Source of the DNA: Candidatus Bathyarchaeota archaeon
GTDB taxonomy: Archaea > Thermoproteota > Bathyarchaeia > Bathyarchaeales > DTEX01
Assembly: GCA_018396435.1 (NCBI GenBank)
Contig: JAGTRG010000005.1
Span: 1 to 48,420, forward strand
Length of the DNA: 48,420 bases
Direction of reading: 5' to 3'
The translations under genes were made by a program, and so were the position numbers. Shown in pieces: positions 38,936-48,420 of the stretch; the first letter of the stretch is position 1; every line of letters begins with the position of its first letter. Under the pieces are notes generated by a model, which saw nothing but the letters and a program-made list of their open reading frames with translations, was not told the DNA's origin and searched no databases.

Positions 38936-39148
38936 ATGATGCGACAAAAAATTAGGTGGAAGCCTATAGCCCCAGGTAAAGATAGCATTACGGTTTGCCC
39001 TAGATGTGGAAGCTTAAACATTCAGCTTTCCAGCAAATTTGATGCATGGCTTATGCCGAAAAGATATGTTTGCGAAGACTGCGGATACGTAGGTCCACTA
39101 GTTTTAGAAATCGATAAGGAGGATCAGAAAAATAAAAAGAGGAAATAA
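38936..39148 (+). CDS. small Zn-ribbon protein
   Basis: CPRCGS...YVCEDCGYVGP. Confidence 0.8.
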   Translation: MMRQKIRWKPIAPGKDSITVCPRCGSLNIQLSSKFDAWLMPKRYVCEDCGYVGPLVLEIDKEDQKNKKRK

Positions 39149-39156
39149 TGCGCGAA

Positions 39157-40104
39157 TCAGTCAGGTATTTCCAGATGCAGTTGTCTCTTTAAGGTTTTAT
39201 AGCGGTTTCTAACCGTAACCTCGGTTACACCAGCAGCCTCAGCGATATCCTTCTGGGTTCTTTTTTCACCAGCCTGATAGCATGCAATATAAAGCGCTGC
39301 GGCAGCTAAACCTATGGGGTCTTTGCCAGCTGAGATATGTTTCCGCCTCGCCTCATTCAATATTCTTAGGGCGGCTGTTTGAATGTATCCGGAGATCCCG
39401 GCTCTCGCAGCGATTTTTGAAAGGTAAACAACCGGATCAGCAATGGGCATTGCTAAGTCAAGTTCACGTAGAAGAAGCCTATAGCATCTCGCCACATCTT
39501 TCCTGCTAACTAGGCTGGCTTCAGAAATTTCCCTAAGATTTCTCGGCGTGCCAGTTAATCTGCATGCAGCATAAAGCGATGCTGCGGCTATAGCGGCTAT
39601 TGATCTTCCCCTTACAAGACCCTGATCTAGCGCTTTGCGGTATATCACGGCCGCCTTCTCCTTTATGGAGGATGGTATTGCGAGTTTGTCTGATAGGCGG
39701 TCAATCTCAGTCATTGCTTGAGCGAGGTTTCTGTCCATTGAAGAGTGCACACGAGATCTTATATGCCACTTTCTTAATCTCCACATTTGAAGCCTCGTGT
39801 TCAGCGGGAGCTTCCGCCCAAGGGCGTCTCGATCAATCCTATCGATCGCCGTGGATAAACCTTTATCATGTACGGAAAATGAGGTTGGTATGCCTACTCG
39901 GCTCCTGCTTTCCTTCTCTTCCTGAGTGAAAGCTCTCCATTCCGGACCCTTATCCAGAGCCGATTCTTGAATAACTAGACCGCAACTACCGCAAATAGTT
40001 TCACCAGTATCAGGATCACTAATAAGATTTGTGCTACCGCACTCCGGGCACTTATCTAATATTACTAATTGAGATTTTACCTCGAGGTTTTCTTCCTCTT
40101 CCAT
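39157..40104 (-). CDS. tfb: transcription initiation factor IIB
   Basis: CPECGS Zn ribbon, GPEWRAF, two cyclin repeats, VTEVTVRNRY; likely ATG 40104 after GGGGGAG (alternative start 40125). Confidence 0.97.
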   Translation of the reverse strand: MEEEENLEVKSQLVILDKCPECGSTNLISDPDTGETICGSCGLVIQESALDKGPEWRAFTQEEKESRSRVGIPTSFSVHDKGLSTAIDRIDRDALGRKLPLNTRLQMWRLRKWHIRSRVHSSMDRNLAQAMTEIDRLSDKLAIPSSIKEKAAVIYRKALDQGLVRGRSIAAIAAASLYAACRLTGTPRNLREISEASLVSRKDVARCYRLLLRELDLAMPIADPVVYLSKIAARAGISGYIQTAALRILNEARRKHISAGKDPIGLAAAALYIACYQAGEKRTQKDIAEAAGVTEVTVRNRYKTLKRQLHLEIPD

Positions 40105-40146
40105 ATTAACTCCCCCATCGCCCATATATTGTGGGGTGATTTTAAT

Positions 40147-40212
40147 ACGGGATAACTTCCCAAAAGCGATTCCTCATGATGATCGGAATCGATTTCAGAT
40201 CATCGAGCCCGT
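40147..40212 (-). promoter_or_regulatory. long hairpin with K-loop-like apex in the tfb 5' leader
   Basis: CGAUUCC-GA-UCAUCAU-GA-GGAAUCG apex extended by three further stems; TATA TTTATATA at 40255-40248. Confidence 0.55.
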
Positions 40213-40424
40213 TAACAGCCGTGAAAACGTTTAAAGAGCCCTTCCAGTATATAAATCTTTCGATTTTTGAAGGGCTTCTTCAGATTTTAGTTTCATTAAT
40301 CAATCATCTTTACAGGAAATTTAGGAAACATGAAAATCTTTGATTTTTTAATGGGACAATTACACAAAAATTATAAATAATATTTTCCATATTAAAATAT
40401 TCTAATTTAAAGGGTGATTTTCAG

Positions 40425-40955
40425 TTGAGCGATGGAGGTCTTATTTGGATTTATAGGAACTATGAAGATTGCAGCGGATGCAGAAGATGCGAAATTGCCT
40501 GCTCATTGAAGCATGAAGGCAAGATATGGCCGGAAGCCTCAAGGGTCAGGGTGTTTATGCTTGTGCCGGGCATTGAGGTTCCGCATCTATGTGCTCAATG
40601 CCATGATTATCCATGCGTTGAAGCATGCCCAGTTGGTGCTCTTTCAACAAGCAAGGAAACCGGCGCTGTTCTGGTTGACAAGGATAAATGCATAGCGTGC
40701 GGCAAATGCATAGATGCTTGTCCAGGCAAGGTTCCATTTATACACCCGTCTGATAATTATGCCGTTATATGCGATTTATGCGGCGGAGAACCGGAGTGCG
40801 TTAAGGCCTGCGGTAAGGGCGGATGGAACGCGCTGCAGCTCGTCCGAAGATGGGGCGGCGAACACGATATGAAATTATATGCAAAAACCCCTGAAAAGAT
40901 AACTAGGGATCTTGTCGCAAAACTGTACGGTGAAGAAATGGCGGAGAGTGTTTAA
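40425..40955 (+). CDS. 4x[4Fe-4S] polyferredoxin, WOR5 small-subunit-like
   Basis: CSGCRRCEIACS, IWPEASR, CAQC..YPC..ACP, CIACGKCIDACP, CDLCGG.P.C. Confidence 0.88.
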   Translation: MSDGGLIWIYRNYEDCSGCRRCEIACSLKHEGKIWPEASRVRVFMLVPGIEVPHLCAQCHDYPCVEACPVGALSTSKETGAVLVDKDKCIACGKCIDACPGKVPFIHPSDNYAVICDLCGGEPECVKACGKGGWNALQLVRRWGGEHDMKLYAKTPEKITRDLVAKLYGEEMAESV

Positions 40956-40956
40956 A

Positions 40957-42834
40957 ATGAGGGGTTACGCTGGGAAATTTCTTGAGGTGGACTTATCCTC
41001 TGGAAACATTAAGGAGATTAAGATTGGTGAGGATATTTTAAGGCAGTATATTGGCGGACGAGGGTTAGCTGTAAAAATACTTTGGGATCGCTTAGGAAGA
41101 AGATGGGAAGATGTAGATCCTCTAGGTCCAGAAAACATGCTGCTACTATTGACCGGGCCATTAACCGGGTTTATGCCAGGCGGCAGAATATGCGTTTCAG
41201 GCAAGTCCCCACAAAGCAACGGCATAGTTGGCTCAACAGTTGGCGGCGAGTTTTCAATAGAGCTTAAATGCGCAGGGTATGATGGGTTAATATTCACCGG
41301 CACCTCAGAGAAGCCGGTTTACCTATCCATTAAGGACTCAGATATTGATTTGAAAGACGCTGGTCACTTGTGGGGGAAAAACGCTAGGGAAACCGTGTTA
41401 ACATTGACCAGGGAATGGTGGAAAGATTATGGGAGCCTCCATGCTGGGCGAGGCCTATTGAAGGAGCCTGCGATGCTGTATATTGGGCCTGCTGGGGAAA
41501 AACTGTGCCGAGTAGCGGCTGTAACACATAAGTGGGCGCATGCAGCCGGGTATGGTGGATATGGTGCAGTTATGGGGTCGAAATGGTTAAAGGCGATTAT
41601 GGTTAAGGGAACCGGCCCGCTTCCAGAAGTTCATGACATGGAGAAGACGGTTGAGATTGCCGATAAAATTGTGGAGGCTGCTCTCAGGATGGATCTGTTT
41701 AGGCGTTGGGGCACGGCTTCCGCCGGATACACCACTGGCGCCGAATCGAGCTCCGAGCCTGTTATGAATTGGCAAGAGGAGTGGCACGACGAGGAAAGCT
41801 TCGGCGTTAATGAGTTCGAAAGGTTCTGGGTTAAAAGGTTCTGGGGAGACTACGGTTGCCCCATAACATGCCTGAAAATAGCAGTGATCAAATCAGGACC
41901 CCTCAAGGGTGCGGTGACAGATAATCCGGATTATGAGAACCAGGCGTATTTAGGAACAAACCTGGGGATCTTTAAACCTGAGGGGAACATCTATTTAACG
42001 GCTTTAGCGGATGACTTAGGCTTCTGCGGGATTCAGGTTGGTAATCTGCTCGGCTTCGCTGCTGAACTTTATCAGAGGGGCATATTGACTAGGGAGGATT
42101 TAGGGGGCATAGATCTGAAATGGGGAGATGCTGGAGCATTCGCGGCCTTAATGAAATTGATTGTTGAGCGGAAGGGGATAGGGGACATGCTGGCTGAGGG
42201 AACCTACAGGGCGGCGCTAAAAATAAGTGAGATAAAAGGCGTTGATGCGCTGCAATACGCTGTTGTCTCTAAGGGTATAGGTATAGGTGCGCATGGAATA
42301 AGAAGCGAGAAGGATTACCCGCATTATGTATCATATGCCTGCTCAGTGCAAGGCGGTGACCACACATCGGTTGCTTATGTGCCAATCGATCATGGAGGCA
42401 GCGAGTTAGCCGCAATGCTCTACGATTCAGGGGTATTCTGCATGTTCACGTTCTTTAGCCCCGAAACCCAGCGTCTCTTATGGAGTTTCCTAGAATCTGT
42501 CACAGGCTGGAAGATCACGCCTGAAGAATGGTATAATGCGACGGCACGCAGAATACTGCACATTCAAAGGGCGGCTTTACTCCTAGGCGGACCGGATCTC
42601 AGATGGAACCCGAAAATCCATGATGATGTGCCGAAACGGTGGTATGAGCCATTAGGTAAGGGTCCATTTAGCGGTAAAGCTGTCGATAGGGATAGGATGC
42701 GTGAGTCAATAAGTGAGTATTATAGGGCTGCGGGTTGGGATGAAAACGGCATCCCGACCTCGGAGGAGCTTAGGCGTCTAGGGCTAGATGATGTGGATGA
42801 AAGGCTGGAGCATATTAGGCAATCTTTGAAGTGA
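40957..42834 (+). CDS. tungsten oxidoreductase of the AOR family, WOR5-like large subunit
   Basis: KSPQSNGIVGS, HAAGYGGYGAVMGSK, SSEP..NWQEE, YGCP..C, AHGIRS, SVQGGDHTS, LLLGGPD; start ATG 40957. Confidence 0.88.
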   Translation: MRGYAGKFLEVDLSSGNIKEIKIGEDILRQYIGGRGLAVKILWDRLGRRWEDVDPLGPENMLLLLTGPLTGFMPGGRICVSGKSPQSNGIVGSTVGGEFSIELKCAGYDGLIFTGTSEKPVYLSIKDSDIDLKDAGHLWGKNARETVLTLTREWWKDYGSLHAGRGLLKEPAMLYIGPAGEKLCRVAAVTHKWAHAAGYGGYGAVMGSKWLKAIMVKGTGPLPEVHDMEKTVEIADKIVEAALRMDLFRRWGTASAGYTTGAESSSEPVMNWQEEWHDEESFGVNEFERFWVKRFWGDYGCPITCLKIAVIKSGPLKGAVTDNPDYENQAYLGTNLGIFKPEGNIYLTALADDLGFCGIQVGNLLGFAAELYQRGILTREDLGGIDLKWGDAGAFAALMKLIVERKGIGDMLAEGTYRAALKISEIKGVDALQYAVVSKGIGIGAHGIRSEKDYPHYVSYACSVQGGDHTSVAYVPIDHGGSELAAMLYDSGVFCMFTFFSPETQRLLWSFLESVTGWKITPEEWYNATARRILHIQRAALLLGGPDLRWNPKIHDDVPKRWYEPLGKGPFSGKAVDRDRMRESISEYYRAAGWDENGIPTSEELRRLGLDDVDERLEHIRQSLK

Positions 42835-42856
42835 GTTCCCAATATTCCCTCATTTT

Positions 42857-43885
42857 TTACTTTTCTATCGGCGGCCTAACCTTTAAGACCTCCCTATTGA
42901 CCAAGTTAGGTGGGATTTTACCCTCCAATATTGCGGTCATATTTTCCGCAGCCATAATCGCCATCTTTGTTCTTGTCTCATAGCTGGCGCTCGCTATATG
43001 CGGGGCCGCGGTTACATTTTCCAGCGAGAGCAATGGATTATCTGGGTCAGTAGGCTCCTTCTCCCAAACGTCTAAGCCAGCGGCCCATATCCAGCCCTCC
43101 TTAAGGGACTTATACAGCGCTTTTTCGTCAACTACCGGCCCGCGTGAGGTGTTTATTAGGCAAGCTGTTCTCTTCATTAATCTGAGCTTCTCCTCGCTTA
43201 TCAGGTGGTGTGTTGCCGGCGTCAGCGGAACATGTATTGACACAAAGTCTGATTCTCTCAGAAGAGTTTCTAAGTCTACATATTGGGCGCCTAATTCCCT
43301 TTCCGCAGCATCGTTTCGGTAGACATCATAATATAAGATTCGCATGTTCATGCCCTTAGCCCTCCTAGCCACAGCCGTGCCTATTCTACCCATGCCAATT
43401 ATGCCGATGGTTTTGCCCCAAACATCCTGACCTAGAAACATTGTTAGGCCCCAAGGTGTGTTCCATCTGCCCGATCTAACATATCTATCTGCCTCAGCAA
43501 TTCTCCTGGCGGTTGCCATTAGTAGGGCGAAGGCGAAATCCGCCGTTGTCTCGGTTAGAACCTCAGGCGTATTAGTTACATATATGCCCTTCCTCGTTGC
43601 AGCCTCAACATCAATATTATCGTAGCCTACTGCCACCTGGCTTATGCCCCAGAATTGGTCGCCGACGGCTTCAACAACTTCACTGTCAACCCTCTCAGTT
43701 AACATGCAGATTAAACCATTAACCTCCCTAACCTTTTCAATTAAAATATTCTTCGGTACTGGGCTTTCATGAGGCCAAAACTCAACGTTGAACCTGGTTT
43801 TTAACATGTTCATAGCGTCTTCCGGCAGTTTTCTTGTGGCAAAAACCTTTTTTCTAAAGGAGCAGTTCCCCATGGAGATCACCAT
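42857..43885 (-). CDS. gyaR: D-2-hydroxyacid dehydrogenase, glyoxylate reductase-like
   Basis: AVGYDNID, TNTPEVL..TTAD, GMGRIG, NTSRG, GLDVWE.EP, PHIAS. Confidence 0.85.
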   Translation of the reverse strand: MVISMGNCSFRKKVFATRKLPEDAMNMLKTRFNVEFWPHESPVPKNILIEKVREVNGLICMLTERVDSEVVEAVGDQFWGISQVAVGYDNIDVEAATRKGIYVTNTPEVLTETTADFAFALLMATARRIAEADRYVRSGRWNTPWGLTMFLGQDVWGKTIGIIGMGRIGTAVARRAKGMNMRILYYDVYRNDAAERELGAQYVDLETLLRESDFVSIHVPLTPATHHLISEEKLRLMKRTACLINTSRGPVVDEKALYKSLKEGWIWAAGLDVWEKEPTDPDNPLLSLENVTAAPHIASASYETRTKMAIMAAENMTAILEGKIPPNLVNREVLKVRPPIEK

Positions 43886-43962
43886 TTTTTAATTGGTATA
43901 ATCTGTGAACAGAAAATAAATATTTATTTAAAAACATTGACAAATATTGGTGGTGAAGATGT

Positions 43963-45240
43963 TTGGATAAGGCTTCGATGGAAATTGCTAAAAGGCTTCT
44001 TATCGAGTTTAAGGGTGAAGATTACGCTTTTGGAGATGAAGCGCTAAAACAACTTGGCAGATACGTTGGCAGAGTTGGGAGAAGAATCGCCATCATATCC
44101 GGTGGAACCGGCATAAAGTCCGGAATAGTTGACATGGTAAGTGAAACCTTTAAGAAAGGAGGCTGTGAGGTTTTAGGGGTTCTTGAGGGAGCCCGTCAGA
44201 ATACCCCGAAAGAGGATGTCTACAGACTTGCTTATCAACTTTTGAAATTGGGATGCACCGGCGTAATTGCTGTGGGCGGGGGCAGCATTCTTGATGGGGC
44301 TAAAGCAGCTCTAGTTTTAGCCCTATACGGCGGTGTAATTGACGAATACTTCGGAACTGGAAGGGTTTCGGCGAAGTCTAGAGGGGAGAGAATACCGTTA
44401 ATAGCCATACAGACCGCAAGCAGCTCAGCCTCGCATTTAACTAAATATTCAAATGTAACGGACATCATGACTTTCCAGAAGAAGCTTATTGTCGACGATT
44501 CAATTGTGCCTAGAGCATCCATATTCCAGTATGATGTCACAAGAAGCATGCCGCCGGAGTTAACTAAGGATGGTGCGCTTGACGGCATATCCCACTGTTG
44601 GGAGGTTTGGATGGGTGCGGCTGGAAAGGAAAACTATGAGAGAATAAGCGAGGTTGCCTATACTGGGATGAAACTTATTGTTGAAGCTCTGCCAAGAGCC
44701 CTAGAGAACGGCGAAGATCTGGAAGCTAGATGCGCCTTAGGATTAGGCACAGATTTGGGTGGATACGCGATAATGCTTGGTGGAACAAGCGGTGCCCACC
44801 TCGGGAGCTTCTCGCTGGTTGACGTGTTAACTCACGGTAGGGCATGCGCAGTTCTAAACCCCTACTACACAATCCTATTCTCGCCAGTAATACAGGATCA
44901 GCTGAAAATGGCTGTCAGGATATATGCTGAAAACGGCTATATTGATGCGGGGAAAACAAGGTTGAAAGATAGGGATCTTGCTGAAGCCGTTGCTGAAGGC
45001 ATGTTGGGGTTTGCGAGAAGAATAAGATTCCCAACAACGCTTAGGGAGGCCGGCGCATCGGAGAAGCATATTGAGAGAATGGTGAATGCCGCTAAGGATC
45101 CGCAGCTAAAAATGAAGCTGGAAAATATGCCAATACCGATGAGCGTTGATGCTGGAGACATAGATAGATTGATGAAGCCAACTTTGGAAGCCGCTTACAC
45201 GGGCGACTTCAGCTTAATTCCGGAGGTTAAGTCAACATAG
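43963..45240 (+). CDS. iron-containing alcohol dehydrogenase family protein
   Basis: VGGGSILD, D.ISH..E, GAH, THG metal ligands. Confidence 0.85.
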   Translation: MDKASMEIAKRLLIEFKGEDYAFGDEALKQLGRYVGRVGRRIAIISGGTGIKSGIVDMVSETFKKGGCEVLGVLEGARQNTPKEDVYRLAYQLLKLGCTGVIAVGGGSILDGAKAALVLALYGGVIDEYFGTGRVSAKSRGERIPLIAIQTASSSASHLTKYSNVTDIMTFQKKLIVDDSIVPRASIFQYDVTRSMPPELTKDGALDGISHCWEVWMGAAGKENYERISEVAYTGMKLIVEALPRALENGEDLEARCALGLGTDLGGYAIMLGGTSGAHLGSFSLVDVLTHGRACAVLNPYYTILFSPVIQDQLKMAVRIYAENGYIDAGKTRLKDRDLAEAVAEGMLGFARRIRFPTTLREAGASEKHIERMVNAAKDPQLKMKLENMPIPMSVDAGDIDRLMKPTLEAAYTGDFSLIPEVKST

Positions 45241-45256
45241 AAAGTTTATTTCGCGG

Positions 45257-46525
45257 CTAACGGATTAGATTCCCAAGAATATCGAATCGCATCTCCTCCG
45301 GTTCGCCTAATATTTCTATTCGCTCAGTTAATTCTTTGTCTTGCTTTACGGTTTCAATTAGGCTCTCTGAAATCCACATCTCCTCTAGCTCCAGCGTATT
45401 TTTAATTCTGACTATTTTCGCCTTTGATGGGTCTATTGGTCCGCAGCAGTGTAGAGCCATTAGTATTGCGTCCCGATCGTTAGGTAGGAATGGCGGTATT
45501 TTGCCGAGTTCCGGCCATGTTCCGGTTAGGCAATTCATGAATGTTGCTTCATAATCTATTTTGGAAACAAGCCTCTTAGTCGTTATATCTGCCAATCCTA
45601 TTCCAACAGCGTTTCCATGGGATCCCTCAGATAAATCTAGCACAACGATTCTCCTTATTTTCGGTGTTTCTGTTTTGTAACCCTCAGGTATGGCCCAAAA
45701 TCTGCCAATGATGTTGGTGTCCATTCCCACCCCGCTTATGTCTTTGCCCATCTCCTCAACTATTAAGACATCCATCTCCTTAAACGGTATTTTAGCCATT
45801 AGGTTCTTTGCTTCCTCTAGAAGCTTGGGTTCTTCATCTTCAATTTTCTCAGGCTTTAGAGCTCTTATCTTCGCTATCTCATGATAGGCGTTTTCCAGAA
45901 TCGCTATCCCCATAATTATTGGGGCTTTTTTCATGATTAATTTGGCCGCTTCAGGTATGAGTTTAAGGTATCCTTCCATTTGATACCTATGTATTGTTTC
46001 AGCACCCTTCTGTTTACCAAGCCCTATTACCATCATCTTCATTAAGCCGCTTTCTATCCTGCCTTTGAAGTCCGTATGAGGCTTTATTCTGTTAACTACT
46101 ATTATGCCGTCGGATTTTAAAGCGATTCTGTCGACGTAAACTGGTGCGCCGTTTTCAAGCCGACCTACCTCCTCAACCTCCATTGAGGCGTAGATGGGTG
46201 CGCCGATTGACTCCGACGTTATGCCTAGACTCTTAAGTACGGCTATCTGTCCCTCCGGGGTTGCTCCACCATGGCTCCCCATCGTTGGCACTAAAAATGG
46301 TTTTCCACCTAACTTCTTAACTTCATCCGCTATGGTTGCTAGAATATCATGTATATGCGCTATTCCACGGCTTCCAGCAGTGATCGCTATTCTGGAGCCG
46401 GGTTTAATCTTCTCACTTAAATCGGCTCTCCTCATTTCCTCCCTTAAAATAGATGCGTGGTCGTCTATTTTTGGGGCTTGCATTTTCTGCCGGATCTTAA
46501 CCATTTTTGGAAGTAGCAGTAGCAT
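45257..46525 (-). CDS. LarA-like (lactate racemase domain) protein
   Basis: TAGSRGI, MGSHGGAT, NRIKPHTDF, ESGL.KM..IGLG, GKDISG.GMD.N. Confidence 0.8.
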   Translation of the reverse strand: MLLLLPKMVKIRQKMQAPKIDDHASILREEMRRADLSEKIKPGSRIAITAGSRGIAHIHDILATIADEVKKLGGKPFLVPTMGSHGGATPEGQIAVLKSLGITSESIGAPIYASMEVEEVGRLENGAPVYVDRIALKSDGIIVVNRIKPHTDFKGRIESGLMKMMVIGLGKQKGAETIHRYQMEGYLKLIPEAAKLIMKKAPIIMGIAILENAYHEIAKIRALKPEKIEDEEPKLLEEAKNLMAKIPFKEMDVLIVEEMGKDISGVGMDTNIIGRFWAIPEGYKTETPKIRRIVVLDLSEGSHGNAVGIGLADITTKRLVSKIDYEATFMNCLTGTWPELGKIPPFLPNDRDAILMALHCCGPIDPSKAKIVRIKNTLELEEMWISESLIETVKQDKELTERIEILGEPEEMRFDILGNLIR

Positions 46526-46621
46526 AAGTAGGAATCTGCTATTTTACAATTTAAGCATCTCGCCCATTTTGCTTGTTTACTGCTATAAAACTTTTTTTTA
46601 CAGAGGCGCCTCCTGAAAATT

Positions 46622-47374
46622 TCATTTATAGAGGAAGCCGAATATTTTGTCGATCAGTTCAGGGCTTAGCTTCTCGTAGGCTTCTGTGCTTCCAACATCA
46701 TACCAGAATGCATCCGTAATGTACCCATAAACCCTTCTTCCATAACTTATGAGGCGCGGTATTACGTCCCCCATTAGATCCAGCTCATGCTTGCCGCTGA
46801 CCAGTTTATCCGCCTCTTTCAACACTTCGCCATCTAGGGCTGTTATTGCTATGCTAACTGGCTTATCTATCTTAGGCTTCTCCTCGAAGTATAGGATTTT
46901 TCCATCGCCATCTAGTTCCGCCACGCCAACCCTCACTGTGAAGCCGCTTGATAAAGCAACTGTGGCTATGGCTTCCTTCTCCTTATGGAAACTTATAAAG
47001 TCCTGTATGTTCATGTTCGTTAGAATGTCGCCATAGTAGATTAGAAGAGTATCATCAGCGTTTAGAGCCTTCTTTCTATAGGCGTTCACTATTGAACCGG
47101 CTGTTCCCTTAAGCGCTGGATCATCGTAAACGTATGTTATATTTACATCGAATCTTGAGCCATTATCAAAGTAATTTACAATCTGCTCAGCCTTGTAATC
47201 GACTAGAAAAGTTAAATTCTTTATGCCATAAAACCTTAGAAGCCGAACTATATACTCGAGCAGAGGCTTCTGCATTCTGCCTATGGGGATCATTGCCTTC
47301 TGAAAATAGTACGTAATCGGCCTAAGCCTGGTGCCCGGACCGCCGCATAAAACAATCCCTCTAACATTCTCCAT
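46622..47374 (-). CDS. sugar-phosphate nucleotidyltransferase (NTP_transferase family)
   Basis: LCGGPGTRLRPIT...K, GTAG, YGD, FEEKP, WYDVG. Confidence 0.9.
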   Translation of the reverse strand: MENVRGIVLCGGPGTRLRPITYYFQKAMIPIGRMQKPLLEYIVRLLRFYGIKNLTFLVDYKAEQIVNYFDNGSRFDVNITYVYDDPALKGTAGSIVNAYRKKALNADDTLLIYYGDILTNMNIQDFISFHKEKEAIATVALSSGFTVRVGVAELDGDGKILYFEEKPKIDKPVSIAITALDGEVLKEADKLVSGKHELDLMGDVIPRLISYGRRVYGYITDAFWYDVGSTEAYEKLSPELIDKIFGFLYK

Positions 47375-47440
47375 TTGGATCCCGCCATCAACAGAAAATA
47401 GATATAAAAAGGATTTAACGCTTACCCAATTCCGGCATTC

Positions 47441-47755
47441 TCATTGCCCAGATTCCTCTGTTTCCTCGGTTTTCTCCGGTTTACTTTCCTCCTCAATCTC
47501 CTTTTCGATTTCTTCTATTGGCTTAGGCGGCGGGGTGGTTGCAATCGTCCATCCAATCCACGCTCCGATGAACATTATCGCCAAAAAGGCTATGAGCACA
47601 ATTATGGCAACAGCCCAGAAGCGCACGTCTCCCTCGTTTAGGTTTAATGGTCCGGCTAATATTCTTGGAAATGCAAGTACGGCAATATAGCCTACGGCGA
47701 CAAGTAAGCATAAGGCAAGTATGAGCGCGCCTAAAATCTGATCTTTGCTCACCAT
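47441..47755 (-). CDS. 2-TM membrane protein, DPM2/PIG-P-like
   Basis: Two TM helices followed by TTPPPKPIEE and an acidic tail; GGTGA SD. Confidence 0.75.
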   Translation of the reverse strand: MVSKDQILGALILALCLLVAVGYIAVLAFPRILAGPLNLNEGDVRFWAVAIIVLIAFLAIMFIGAWIGWTIATTPPPKPIEEIEKEIEEESKPEKTEETEESGQ

Positions 47756-47836
47756 TAATCATCACCAAACAGAATTAAAAATAATTGATTAATGCTTAAA
47801 AATCTTGTCATATTCTCTTAACGACATATATGCTGC

Positions 47837-47847
47837 AAAAATAAAAA
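47837..47847 (-). terminator. oligo-T terminator after the 16S trailer
   Basis: Minus strand TTTTTATTTTT about 50 nt past the 16S 3' end. Confidence 0.5.
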
Positions 47848-47899
47848 TATGAGTTCATAGGCTTGACATCATCCCCCGCCGGCCCGAAGCATTCTTCTT

Positions 47900-48420
<521 letters not shown>

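Noticed and set aside
40147-40212. Bulge-helix-bulge splice motif in the tfb leader hairpin
   Set aside because: Bulges are in the wrong orientation and the central helix is not 4 bp

Overview
Archaeal chromosomal segment, most consistent with Bathyarchaeia (TACK): archaeal rRNA, TFB, aIF1, CdvA-like protein, NreA, tungsten AOR-family enzymes and URO-D-like paralogues. The window runs from the 5' end of a 23S rRNA gene (left edge) to the 3' end of a 16S rRNA gene (right edge), both on the minus strand and about 47.4 kb apart, so the two genes are unlinked. Between them are about 45 mostly housekeeping or metabolic CDSs and tRNA-Arg(CCT). The most notable observations are: (1) two convergent permease-less ABC ATPase paralogues share four perfectly identical DNA blocks (65, 68, 47 and 35 bp) in inverted orientation around a small Zn protein and an AOR gene, suggesting gene conversion or an invertible segment; (2) two genes have coding-like N-termini with no canonical start codon, each explainable by an ATA start or a CTT-stop +1 frameshift; (3) the tfb leader contains a long hairpin capped by a K-loop-like motif; (4) a 97-nt structured intergenic RNA candidate has D- and C-like boxes in reversed order; (5) a small membrane protein resembles eukaryotic DPM2/PIG-P and sits beside a sugar-nucleotidyltransferase; (6) a WOR5-like two-subunit tungstoenzyme lies next to three other redox or isomerase genes. 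No CRISPR array, transposase or integrase was seen. Family assignments come from motif recognition and recalled sequences, not database searches.
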